Source: Pseudomonadota bacterium (lineage in GTDB: Bacteria; Pseudomonadota; Gammaproteobacteria; Burkholderiales; Burkholderiaceae_C). From it: a stretch of DNA of 64,000 bases. Under the pieces are notes generated by a model. The model was not told the DNA's origin and did not search any database. It worked only from the letters and a program-made list of their open reading frames with translations. The stretch spans positions 947 through 64,946 of the forward strand of contig JAZKHK010000030.1 of NCBI GenBank assembly GCA_040385425.1, read 5' to 3'. Below, in pieces: positions 1 to 10,495 of this stretch. Numbering within the stretch: the first letter of the stretch is position 1; each line of letters begins with the position of its first letter. The position numbers were made by a program, and so were the translations under genes.

Positions 1-25
1 AGCGTTGCCAATGGATGTTCTTCAT
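1..25 (-). CDS. 5' fragment of the next nos gene (probably a NapH/NosH-type membrane ferredoxin), running off the window
   Basis: ATG at 25 overlaps the nosG stop (ATGA) and reads MKNIHWQR...; identity is inferred only from usual clade II nos gene order. Confidence 0.35.
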
Positions 26-870
26 GTCTTCCAAACCTCCCGAGCTTCGATCACGATGCAGGCTTGCTCAACTGGGCAAACCATCTCACACACGCCGCAT
101 CCCACACAGGGTTCATGCACCACGGGTTGGCGTCGGGTTTTTCCGTCTGGCGTGGTCAGTGTTTCCATGGAAATAGCGCCACCAACGGGGCACTCACTCA
201 CGCACAGGTTGCATTCCTTCACGTCGTAAGGATGGTCGGCGACCGCAATGGGTTTCCAGCGATTGACATCCATGTAACGCATGCGGCCTTTGAAGTCAGC
301 ACCACGAGTCTGCCCTTTGAACCCCTTGCCTTGCGTGGCCAGACAGGCTTCGGGTCGTGTCAGCCGCGCCACGCCCATGCGCTCTTTCAGATTCAGCGTG
401 GGTTCCGGGTCTTTTTCCTTGGCTTTGAGGATGGGCTTGGCCGCCAGGCTGGCACCGGTCCGCACCAGTAAAAAACCGGGCTTGTCGTAAGCCAGTGAGC
501 CGGTGGGGCAGGCCAGAATGCATTGCACGGCGTCGCAGGAGAAGTCGCAAGCCTGCTGACGCGGATCAATGTAGGGCACGCCGACGCCAAATCCATCCAC
601 CAGATCTGCCAGCTTGATGGCCTGTACCGGGCAGACCTGCACGCATTGGCCGCATTTGATGCAGGAGCCCAGCAGGTCTTTCTCGTCCAGGGCACCTGGT
701 GGCCGCAACCGTTTTCTCTGCGCGTAAGCCAGTGGCAGGTAGCCCGACAGTGCTGCACCGAGCACCCCACCGGCCAACAGCGCGGTACGTAACCAGCGAC
801 GACGATCCTGACGCGTCAGGCGTGGTTTCGATGTCTTGACGGGCTTGGCGTCAGGTGGGGAGTCGCTCAT
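22..870 (-). CDS. nosG: Periplasmic 4Fe-4S polyferredoxin, NapG/MauM family (NosG-type)
   Basis: Tat-like RRRWLR leader; LRPPGAL...CIKCGQCVQVCP, CILACPTG, CNLCVSECP, CVGCGVCEMVCP; overlaps the nosD stop. Confidence 0.85.
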   Translation of the reverse strand: MSDSPPDAKPVKTSKPRLTRQDRRRWLRTALLAGGVLGAALSGYLPLAYAQRKRLRPPGALDEKDLLGSCIKCGQCVQVCPVQAIKLADLVDGFGVGVPYIDPRQQACDFSCDAVQCILACPTGSLAYDKPGFLLVRTGASLAAKPILKAKEKDPEPTLNLKERMGVARLTRPEACLATQGKGFKGQTRGADFKGRMRYMDVNRWKPIAVADHPYDVKECNLCVSECPVGGAISMETLTTPDGKTRRQPVVHEPCVGCGVCEMVCPVEQACIVIEAREVWKT

Positions 871-2246
871 CCGGGTTGCCCTTTCGGTTTGACAAAGCGT
901 GGTCGTTCATCTTTGAGCGTGAGCTCGGGTGACGAGAACGGGGCCAGTCGCTCAAGAAAATCCAGCAGTTCCATGACAGGGGCGGTCTTGAAAAAACGTG
1001 CCGTTGGCATCTCAATCCAGATTTGGTCCGCGTAGGCATACAACTCATAAGGTGTATCGCCCAAGCCGTCATGGTCGCGGTCGAAACCTGTGTAATCGTC
1101 CCAGTAATTGCCACGCCATTCGTTGAGACCTGCCTTGCCGCGCCCGGCTTGCACCACGTTGGTCAGGTTGCCTTCAAACACGTTGTCGGTGACGATGTTG
1201 CCACCGAGTTCGCTGGTGAACTGTATGGCGATGCCGTTGTAGGCAAAGCGGTTGTTCTTGATGAACATTTTGCTGTCAGGTTGAAACGGCGACAGGTCTG
1301 AGCCGATGCCCACTGCGCAATAAATGATCTCATTGCCTTCGATGACCGCATTGCTGGACTCTTTGAAACCAATCGCCATGCCGGTAGCACCGGTGGCATG
1401 CGAGATCAGGTTGCGGCGCATGACACCGCCCTCGGTGTACATGAAGTAAACCCCGACCGCGTTGTCGATAAAGCGATTGTCTTCAATGAGATTGTCCTTG
1501 GCGAACATGAAGTGAAGCGAGTAGCGACTGCGCGTGCCGAAATTGTGTTGGTAAATGTTGTCGTTGGAATACCAGGCCACCATGTCACGCGAATCGGTAA
1601 CTTCGTTGTGTTCGATTAAATTACGGTGGCTGTACCACAGCCGCAATCCGTCACCGCGCAAACCAATGTCGAACGGTTTGGAACGAACTTTGTTATGACG
1701 CAACGTGTTGTCGTTGGCTTGCTTGAGATCGATGCCGTTCAGACAGTTGTCTATGATTATTTTTTCGATGAGATTGCGGTGACCCCGCACATCGAGGCAG
1801 GAGTCGTCCGTGTCGTGGGAGTCACCGGAGCCCGTCAGGTGCAGACCACTCAGGGTCGCCCCATCGGTTTCCAATGAGAAAACCGTTCCCTTGTCACCTG
1901 AATCGATCGTTACCTTTCCTGCACCTTCAATCGTCAGTGGTTTGTCGAGGTGAACAGGTCCTGCATAGGTTCCCGCAGGAGGGCGCAACACGGAGCCTGC
2001 TGGCGCAGCATCCACCAATTCCTGGAACGGTTTTAAAGCATGGATGCGCTTGTGGCGCTCGGACAGCATGAAACTTGGCTTGGGTCGATCTACGTTGACA
2101 CGCGGTGCAGTTGACATGTCGGCAGTGGCGCCCAACGCCGGGGGCTTGCCCGGTTCGTCGTCGGGCTCCGTGTTACGCGCCAGCAGCAGCGACGACACCA
2201 ACAGCAGCAAGGCCGGCAGTAATGAGAACCAGCGTCTAGTCTTCAT
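867..2246 (-). CDS. nosD: Nitrous oxide reductase maturation protein NosD
   Basis: Signal peptide, parallel beta-helix repeats, RGDGLRLWYS, RYSLHFMFA, GNYWDDYTGFDRDHDGLGDTPY. Confidence 0.95.
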   Translation of the reverse strand: MKTRRWFSLLPALLLLVSSLLLARNTEPDDEPGKPPALGATADMSTAPRVNVDRPKPSFMLSERHKRIHALKPFQELVDAAPAGSVLRPPAGTYAGPVHLDKPLTIEGAGKVTIDSGDKGTVFSLETDGATLSGLHLTGSGDSHDTDDSCLDVRGHRNLIEKIIIDNCLNGIDLKQANDNTLRHNKVRSKPFDIGLRGDGLRLWYSHRNLIEHNEVTDSRDMVAWYSNDNIYQHNFGTRSRYSLHFMFAKDNLIEDNRFIDNAVGVYFMYTEGGVMRRNLISHATGATGMAIGFKESSNAVIEGNEIIYCAVGIGSDLSPFQPDSKMFIKNNRFAYNGIAIQFTSELGGNIVTDNVFEGNLTNVVQAGRGKAGLNEWRGNYWDDYTGFDRDHDGLGDTPYELYAYADQIWIEMPTARFFKTAPVMELLDFLERLAPFSSPELTLKDERPRFVKPKGQPG

Positions 2247-2251
2247 GCTGT

Positions 2252-3235
2252 TTAACGTTCTGTATCTTCACGCATCTGACGGCGACGCAGCAATAAGGCC
2301 AGCATCAGGCAAACGAAGGTGACCACCAACAATCCATAGCCCCAATAGGGATAAGAGTAGGTAGAAAACTGTGCCACTTTGCCTTCGCCAAAGACGGTTG
2401 GCATAAAGGGCTTGACCGTGAAGGCGCCCCAAGGGTGCATGTTGTGGCCAAAGAACCAGAGCCAGCCCGCGTACTCAATGACGAAGTAGAGGGGCAAGAG
2501 GCCAGGCACCAGCGCCAACAGCAAGGAGAATTTGCGGAACTTGGCGACACCGGCCACCACGACGGCCATCGCTGCAATCAGTCCTCCCATCATGATCTTG
2601 CTGTACAAATTGACGTTGTCACCCCAGACCTGAATCCGGGCGGGCTCATTGAAAAAAGTGGCAGCTTCGGCCGTGTAGTCTTTGATATGGCTTGCCAGAT
2701 GGCCCAGCACAAACTGGTCGACCGCCATCCAGGCCGCCACAGCGGTAAAACCGCCCGACAACACCAGCAAGCGGCGCTTGCCGGCTGGTGTCATGAAGCC
2801 CACCAGCATCACGGCAAAGAAGCCGAAGAAGAATTTGGCCAGAGGCTTTTCCACAGGCGCACCTGTGGCGATAGGAAACATGCCCACATAGTGGTTGATG
2901 GTGTTCATCTCGTGCACGCAATCCAGACCGGCAGCATCCTTGTTGACGTCTTTCTTGGCGTCCAGGATCGGGTTGTAGCGCTCCGAGTCGGGGCCCATGT
3001 CGGCTTGCATGGTCTCTGATCCCATGCGCGTGCTGGCGCCTACCGCGCTGCAACCGTTTTGTACCCCGTTAAAGTGAAAGTGAATGCGGATGCCATCCGG
3101 AAAAGCATCCTTGGGGTAGTTGGGTGCAGTGAGCGAGACCCACCATATCGGTGCGAAAAAGGCTGCAATCATGGCCACTAGGGCAACCATGGTGAGGACC
3201 GTGATCAATCGATTCTGTTGGGTCTGCAAGTTCAT
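2252..3235 (-). CDS. nosB: Clade II nos membrane protein (NosB-like)
   Basis: PIWWVSLTAPNYP..FPDGI, EMNTINHYVGM, WLWFFGHNM, FMPTVFGEGKVAQF; several TM helices; lies between nosZ/cytochromes and nosD. Confidence 0.8.
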   Translation of the reverse strand: MNLQTQQNRLITVLTMVALVAMIAAFFAPIWWVSLTAPNYPKDAFPDGIRIHFHFNGVQNGCSAVGASTRMGSETMQADMGPDSERYNPILDAKKDVNKDAAGLDCVHEMNTINHYVGMFPIATGAPVEKPLAKFFFGFFAVMLVGFMTPAGKRRLLVLSGGFTAVAAWMAVDQFVLGHLASHIKDYTAEAATFFNEPARIQVWGDNVNLYSKIMMGGLIAAMAVVVAGVAKFRKFSLLLALVPGLLPLYFVIEYAGWLWFFGHNMHPWGAFTVKPFMPTVFGEGKVAQFSTYSYPYWGYGLLVVTFVCLMLALLLRRRQMREDTER

Positions 3236-3244
3236 AGTGGTGAC

Positions 3245-3997
3245 TTATTTCTTTTTAGAGGTCTTGGTTGCTGCAGCAGGCGCCGCCTTGCACATCGATC
3301 CAGGCATGGACAGGCTGGACTGATAGGCCGAGATGGCAACCAGTTGTGCGTTGTCATATTTCTTGATGATCTTCACCATGTCAGGATTGGCGTTGCGGCG
3401 TTTGCCGTCACGAATTTCCGTCATCTGACGCAAGAGGTACTTGTAATGCTGGCCAGCCAGCACAGGGTAAAACTTGTCCTTGACGCCTTCACCGTTGGCT
3501 TTATGGCATTCGATGCATTCTTTTTCGTACATCGTCTTGCCGTCGGCAATCTGCTTGGCCGCATCAGCACCTTCGTACATGCCATGGTTTACCGGAATAC
3601 ACAGGCTTTCGATGTAAGCCGACACATTGGCCAGTTCCTGGGCATCGGTCAGCTCTTTGGCGAACGGGTACATCGTCGGGTTGTCACGCAGGCCGGCGCG
3701 AATGTCGGCCATCTGCTTGATCAGCACGGTTGTGTGTTGACCTGCGAGCTGCGGGAAGGTGCCGTCTGTGCGACCCGCACCGGAGGGCAGGTGGCAGGCG
3801 CCGCAAACTTCATAGCCTTCTTTGCCGTCCTTGACGGAACCTTTGAGTTTGAGGGCCTCAATTTTTTCGCCTTCCTGGGCGTTCCAGTGGTAGTCGCTGG
3901 ATTCGATGCCAGCCTGCTTGGCAGCAGGAGGGCCACCGGCCAGGGTGATGGCGGGGGCGAAGGCTAGCGCCAGGGCCAGCGCGATAATTTTTTTCAT
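3245..3997 (-). CDS. Diheme cytochrome c4-type protein
   Basis: Signal peptide; CGACH and CIECH, each followed by a P.LAGQH motif. Confidence 0.9.
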   Translation of the reverse strand: MKKIIALALALAFAPAITLAGGPPAAKQAGIESSDYHWNAQEGEKIEALKLKGSVKDGKEGYEVCGACHLPSGAGRTDGTFPQLAGQHTTVLIKQMADIRAGLRDNPTMYPFAKELTDAQELANVSAYIESLCIPVNHGMYEGADAAKQIADGKTMYEKECIECHKANGEGVKDKFYPVLAGQHYKYLLRQMTEIRDGKRRNANPDMVKIIKKYDNAQLVAISAYQSSLSMPGSMCKAAPAAATKTSKKK

Positions 3998-4033
3998 GTC
4001 ATTTACTCCAGATGTATAAAGTGCGAGGGCTGA

Positions 4034-4360
4034 TTACTTGAGTTTGGAGAGGTACTGGGCAATTTCCTTGATGTCGTTGTCGGTCACCAGTTGATCGCCT
4101 TCTCCATTGACCATGACGCCCTTCATGGCGGCGCTGCTGCCGTTGGCGCGTGCACCGCTCTTGATATCTTTCATTTGCTGCTCAATATAGGCGGCATTTT
4201 GACCAGCGAGCTTGGGATAGGCACCCATCAAGGGTTTTTTGCCTTCTTTGCCATGGCAGGCGATGCAGGTTTTTTCTGCATACAACGCAGCCCCATCGGC
4301 CATTACCACACTGGAAGCCATGACGCTCAGTGCCGCTACTAAAAACAATTTTGTCTTCAT
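4034..4360 (-). CDS. Monoheme cytochrome c553-type protein
   Basis: Signal peptide; CIACH, YPKLAGQN, distal Met in AAMKG. Confidence 0.9.
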   Translation of the reverse strand: MKTKLFLVAALSVMASSVVMADGAALYAEKTCIACHGKEGKKPLMGAYPKLAGQNAAYIEQQMKDIKSGARANGSSAAMKGVMVNGEGDQLVTDNDIKEIAQYLSKLK

Positions 4361-4384
4361 GGTTTCATACTTTCCAAATAACTA

Positions 4385-4411
4385 CGGGGAGTCGAACAAA
4401 TCGACTCCCCG
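4385..4411 (-). terminator. Hairpin directly downstream of nosZ (terminator or mRNA stabiliser)
   Basis: CGGGGAGTCGA-ACAAA-TCGACTCCCCG, a perfect 11-bp stem, followed on the minus strand by TAGTTATTTGG. Confidence 0.65.
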
Positions 4412-4435
4412 GTAGCAGGTTTACTTCAAATAGAT

Positions 4436-6730
4436 TTACTTGACTTTCTTGGCGCCGTTTTGCTCAAGGAAAGTTTTGGCCCGCAGACCCAGGTCAGCGG
4501 TTTTGACTTGGTACTGCCAGACTTGCTCAGCCCACAGATTGGCGTTTTCCCAGTCCTTCTTGGCGGCAGCAGCTTCGTGCTTGACCTTGATGTCCTTGGT
4601 TTTGCCAAGTTGGTCAAATGCATCTTCCACCATGGCCACGACTTCAGGGAAGTCTTTGTAGTTCACGCTGGTGATGTAAGCCACCACGGAGTCAATGATG
4701 GCTTGGGTGTCAGCCACTTTCTTCACGGTTGCCTTGTAGTCAGCTTCGGTGTAGTTCTGAGCAGCCAGACCGGTCTTAGTGGCTTTCCAGCCCTTGGGCT
4801 TGACCAACAAGTAACCTTGCATTTCCAGATGCAGTGCCGAGCAGAATTCCGTGCAGTAGTACGGATAGACGCCTTCCTTGTCAGCCTTGAACTTGACGGC
4901 AACCGTCTTGCCTGGCTCAACCGATGCATGCACGTTGAAGGTGCTGACGGTGAAGCCGTGGGTTTCGTCCTGAGCGCGTTCCAGGTTGGTCAGGTTGATC
5001 GTCACTTCGTCGCCGACTTCAACTTCGATGGTTTCAGGCGTGATGTGCGAGCGGATCAAAGTGCCAAACACTTCAACCTTGTTGCCCTTTTTCACAATAC
5101 GCTCTTCACCGGCCTTGGTTGCGCCAGGATGTGGCTGATCCGTACGGCTGTCAGTACCGACTTTGTAACGCACTGCTGGTTTGAGCTTTTTAGCGTCAAT
5201 GGCCACGACATAGTGCGGTTCACCCAAAGGCACGGGCATGTCGTAAAGCAATTGCATCTTGTCACCGCTGATATCGATCAGCTGGTGATTTTGTGGATGC
5301 AATGGGCCCACGGGAACGAAGCGATCAATAGCCAGCTTGTTCAGTGCCACCAGGTACTTGCCAGCCGGTTTGCTGGAGTCGCCTTCCATCGTCATCAAGT
5401 GACCGATGTTGTAATGAACGCTGACCTTGTCGAGCACTTTGCCTTCGCAGTAATTCCACTTGGCAACTTGCGAGTCCACATAGAGCGATGTGTAGGCAAT
5501 GCAGGGCTTGCTGTCATATTGGGTATGCAGCGGGCCCAGGCCGAGGGACACTTGCGTGGCAACTGCGTCCTTCATGGCAATCACAGGAATGCCGTACGGA
5601 TCTTTGGATTCAAATTTGCCAGCCTTGATCGCAGCTTGAATTTTCTCGAAAGAATAGACAGAAACGTGCGTGTCGAGCTTGCCCGCAACGATGATCTTGG
5701 TGCCGTCTGGAGACACGTCGACACCGTGAGGTGACTTCGGCTCAGGAATCAGGAACAAAACACCTTCCTTGACCGCAGTTTCCATCATCAGCACGTTGTG
5801 GCCGTTGATTTTCTTGGCTTTACCTGCAGCCACCAACTCGGCAGCTTTCTTCCAGTTGATTACGTGCATGTAATCAGTGTCTTTGGCCGAGCAACCTGCC
5901 TCATAAGGTGGGCGACCTTTTTCGATACCACCCACGTAACGCTCGGAGCAGAACGAATTGGTGAATGACCAACCTTCGGATGGGCCCTTGCCCGCGTCAG
6001 ACAAGTCTTGCGAATAGGGAGGCAACTCCAGTGAGAAAGATTTTTCTGGCTGAATGCGACCTTCCTTGCGGTCAAACTTCCAATAAGTGATGCCGCCGCG
6101 GTATTTGTCGTTGAACTCTTCCAGCGGGTAGAACTTTTTGTTCTCGAGCGGGGCTGCGTACTGGGCCGCCTCGATCACGTATTCGCTGTTGGTGGTGACA
6201 AAAGTGCCGCCGTGTTCAGACTTGAAAATCGGGTTGACAACAATTTGCTTGGTTTCGAAGTCACGCAAATCAATCACGGCGATGCGTGGATTGGCCTTGT
6301 CATTGATGAACAGGAATTGACCGTCGTACTCGCCATTGGTTTCGGACATGGCTGGGTGGTGCGTGTCACCCCAGGTGATGTCCTTGCCGTCGATGCGACC
6401 TTGTTGGAGAACTTTCTTGGAGCTTTCATCAAAGCCATAGCCTTGCCATGGTTCTGGCGTAAACACACCGATGTATTTCAGAATACGCATCGAAGGGATG
6501 GCATAGACAATAACCTGACCTGATTGACCACCCGAGCTGAAGGCGACAAATTCGTCACGCTTGCCGGTAGGGACATAGGTTTTGGCCGCAGCCAACAAGT
6601 CTTGCTGGCTCAGCCCGCGCTGCTTCATGACGTCTTGCAACGTGTCAGCCGACCATGCCGCAGTGGTAGCCAGGCCCATGCCTGCCGCTACCAGTGAGAC
6701 AGCCAGTTTGCTCAATCTCTTCATTCGCAT
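4436..6730 (-). CDS. nosZ: Nitrous oxide reductase, clade II (Sec-dependent)
   Basis: Sec-type leader without RR; CuZ ligand motifs WGDTHH, SEHG, SPHG, GPLH, NIGH, GEPH; CuA motif HG...CTEFCSALHLEM; helical C-terminal extension. Confidence 0.97.
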   Translation of the reverse strand: MRMKRLSKLAVSLVAAGMGLATTAAWSADTLQDVMKQRGLSQQDLLAAAKTYVPTGKRDEFVAFSSGGQSGQVIVYAIPSMRILKYIGVFTPEPWQGYGFDESSKKVLQQGRIDGKDITWGDTHHPAMSETNGEYDGQFLFINDKANPRIAVIDLRDFETKQIVVNPIFKSEHGGTFVTTNSEYVIEAAQYAAPLENKKFYPLEEFNDKYRGGITYWKFDRKEGRIQPEKSFSLELPPYSQDLSDAGKGPSEGWSFTNSFCSERYVGGIEKGRPPYEAGCSAKDTDYMHVINWKKAAELVAAGKAKKINGHNVLMMETAVKEGVLFLIPEPKSPHGVDVSPDGTKIIVAGKLDTHVSVYSFEKIQAAIKAGKFESKDPYGIPVIAMKDAVATQVSLGLGPLHTQYDSKPCIAYTSLYVDSQVAKWNYCEGKVLDKVSVHYNIGHLMTMEGDSSKPAGKYLVALNKLAIDRFVPVGPLHPQNHQLIDISGDKMQLLYDMPVPLGEPHYVVAIDAKKLKPAVRYKVGTDSRTDQPHPGATKAGEERIVKKGNKVEVFGTLIRSHITPETIEVEVGDEVTINLTNLERAQDETHGFTVSTFNVHASVEPGKTVAVKFKADKEGVYPYYCTEFCSALHLEMQGYLLVKPKGWKATKTGLAAQNYTEADYKATVKKVADTQAIIDSVVAYITSVNYKDFPEVVAMVEDAFDQLGKTKDIKVKHEAAAAKKDWENANLWAEQVWQYQVKTADLGLRAKTFLEQNGAKKVK

Positions 6731-6823
6731 TTCTCCTAGTTAGGTTACGTTAATGCCACTCAAGTCACAGTCGGCGGCATTGGTCGTCGTGCTGATTCTG
6801 GCTGAGGGTGAATAACGAAAACT

Positions 6824-6866
6824 ATTCTAGGAAAGCGTTTTAAAAAGCGACTTAATGCAGGTTAAG
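6824..6866 (-). promoter_or_regulatory. nosZ promoter: DNR/FNR-type box plus -10 element
   Basis: CTTAATGCAGGTTAAG at 6851-6866; TAGAAT (minus strand) at 6824-6829, giving class II spacing. Confidence 0.7.
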
Positions 6867-7005
6867 TTTAATGAGCGAATCAATATTCAAGGGGTACTTC
6901 GCGATAAATAAATTGATTTCGTTTGAGTTGCGTGAATACCTTGAACCAACCCGGCACAAACCCTAATGGTCTGGATCACGATATTCCACAATGATCTCCA
7001 TCTGA

Positions 7006-7049
7006 CTTAAGGCAGGTTAAGGACACAGCCCTGAAGCCCGCTAGACAAT
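7006..7049 (+). promoter_or_regulatory. nirS promoter: DNR/FNR-type box plus -10 element
   Basis: CTTAAGGCAGGTTAAG at 7006-7021 (15/16 identical to the nosZ box); GACAAT at 7044-7049. Confidence 0.7.
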
Positions 7050-7070
7050 TCACTCGCTCGAAATCAATAG

Positions 7071-8831
<1,761 letters not shown>

Positions 8832-8858
8832 TCGTCAACATTGATTTGAGATGAGAGG

Positions 8859-8876
8859 GAGGGGCGCAAGCCCCTC
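8859..8876 (+). terminator. GNRA hairpin after nirS
   Basis: GAGGGGC-GCAA-GCCCCTC followed by a pyrimidine-rich tract. Confidence 0.55.
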
Positions 8877-8923
8877 TGCTCTTTGCATCTCTACGGCATT
8901 TTTATGAAGTTTGGAGAGTTTTG

Positions 8924-9511
8924 ATGGCGACAAAGATGGGTAGCTTGTGGGCATGGCTGAAAAAACCGAGCGCAAAGTATTCGCTTGCAGGCCTGCTATC
9001 AGTTGGTTTTATATCCGGAATATTTTTCTGGGGCGGTTTCAATACCGCGATGGAAGCGACCAATACGCTGGATTTCTGTATTTCTTGTCACGAGATGCGC
9101 GATAACGTGTATCAGGAGTACAAGAAAACTATTCACTACACCAATCGTACGGGTGTGCGTGCCGTGTGTTCAGATTGCCATGTGCCCAAGGACTGGTCAC
9201 ACAAGATGATCCGCAAGATCAAAGCCAGCGGTGAAGTCTGGGGCAAGATTGTCGGGACGATTGACACCAAAGAGAAGTTCGAGGCAAATCGTCTTCGGTT
9301 GGCTGAAAACGAATGGGCCCGTATGAAGGCGAGCGATTCACGCGAATGCCGTAACTGCCATAGTTTTGACGGTATGGATACCGAGAAACAAAAACTGCGC
9401 GGTGCCAAGATGCACAAGATCGCCCAGGATGAAAAGAAGACTTGTATTGATTGCCACAAGGGTATTGCTCACCAAAAACCCAAGGGCATGAAGGAAGACG
9501 ATGACGAGTAA
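8924..9511 (+). CDS. nirT: NapC/NirT tetraheme quinol dehydrogenase
   Basis: N-terminal TM helix; CISCH, CSDCH, CRNCH, CIDCH; FWGGFNTAMEATN. Confidence 0.95.
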   Translation: MATKMGSLWAWLKKPSAKYSLAGLLSVGFISGIFFWGGFNTAMEATNTLDFCISCHEMRDNVYQEYKKTIHYTNRTGVRAVCSDCHVPKDWSHKMIRKIKASGEVWGKIVGTIDTKEKFEANRLRLAENEWARMKASDSRECRNCHSFDGMDTEKQKLRGAKMHKIAQDEKKTCIDCHKGIAHQKPKGMKEDDDE

Positions 9512-9550
9512 TTTCCTCCGGTTTAAAACACTTTAAAAGGACTATTTCAA

Positions 9551-10378
9551 ATGAAAAAATCAACTATTTCCACATTGGTACTGGGCTCCTTGCTGGCAGT
9601 GGGTACACAGTTTGCCTTTGCCGCGCCTGATTGGTCGAAAGTTCCCAAGCGCGACGTCAGCGTGTTCCATCCGGGTGTCGCACCCATTGAATGGATCAGC
9701 AAGAAATCGGATCACAGCGGCACAGCTGGCCTGAAAAAGGGCGAGACCTGCGTCGGCTGCCATGAGGAAAAAGGCACCCTGAACTTCAATTTCAAGCGTC
9801 TCGCCGACAAGGAAATGGAACCAAAAGGTGCACCCGCCACCATGATTTACCCGGTGGGCGTGCAGGCGGCTTATGACGCAAGCAATCTCTACATCCGTTT
9901 GACCTTCAAAGCCCCAGCGGGCGGCGCAGACAAGGGTGACAAAGACAATGAAGTCAAGGCCACGGTGATGTTCCCGGATGCCAAGGTGCCTCAGGCTGAG
10001 CAAGTCGGCTGCTGGGCTGCCTGCCATTCGGACGCGCGCACCATGCCCGGCGCCGATGAGCACAAAACCAAGTACGTCAAAGACGGTTCTTACGAGCTGA
10101 TGCAATGGAAGAGCGCCAAGGGCGCCAAGGTGGCCGACGGTAAAGTGGCCACCGAGCGCAAGATGGACGGCGGCACATTGGGTGCCAAAGCTGAAGGCTC
10201 CAAGGCCGGTGACATCTACACCGTCACCTTTACCCGCAAGAACCCTGGCGAAGGCAAGACCATTCCGTTTGGTATCGCCATCCATGGCGACCATGCCACG
10301 GGTCGCTTCCACCATGTGTCTTTGGGCTATACCCTGGGCGTGGGTGCCGCAGGTGACGTGAAAGCCGTCAAACAGTAA
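9551..10378 (+). CDS. nirB: NirB-like diheme cytochrome c552
   Basis: Signal peptide; APDWSKVP; CVGCH and atypical CWAACH; GRFHHVSLGY; nirSTB gene order. Confidence 0.8.
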   Translation: MKKSTISTLVLGSLLAVGTQFAFAAPDWSKVPKRDVSVFHPGVAPIEWISKKSDHSGTAGLKKGETCVGCHEEKGTLNFNFKRLADKEMEPKGAPATMIYPVGVQAAYDASNLYIRLTFKAPAGGADKGDKDNEVKATVMFPDAKVPQAEQVGCWAACHSDARTMPGADEHKTKYVKDGSYELMQWKSAKGAKVADGKVATERKMDGGTLGAKAEGSKAGDIYTVTFTRKNPGEGKTIPFGIAIHGDHATGRFHHVSLGYTLGVGAAGDVKAVKQ

Positions 10379-10495
10379 TACTTTTCTTTGCCGGAGTGCC
10401 AAGCGCTCTCTGGCTTGACGAGTCTGAAGCGAGTGCTGGCCTGTGCAGCACTCGTTTTTTGCATTTATGAAGGCCTTATTGTGGATACCCAATCA

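Noticed and set aside
4460-5734. 424-aa plus-strand ORF
   Set aside because: Antisense shadow of nosZ caused by biased codon usage; no recognisable motifs.
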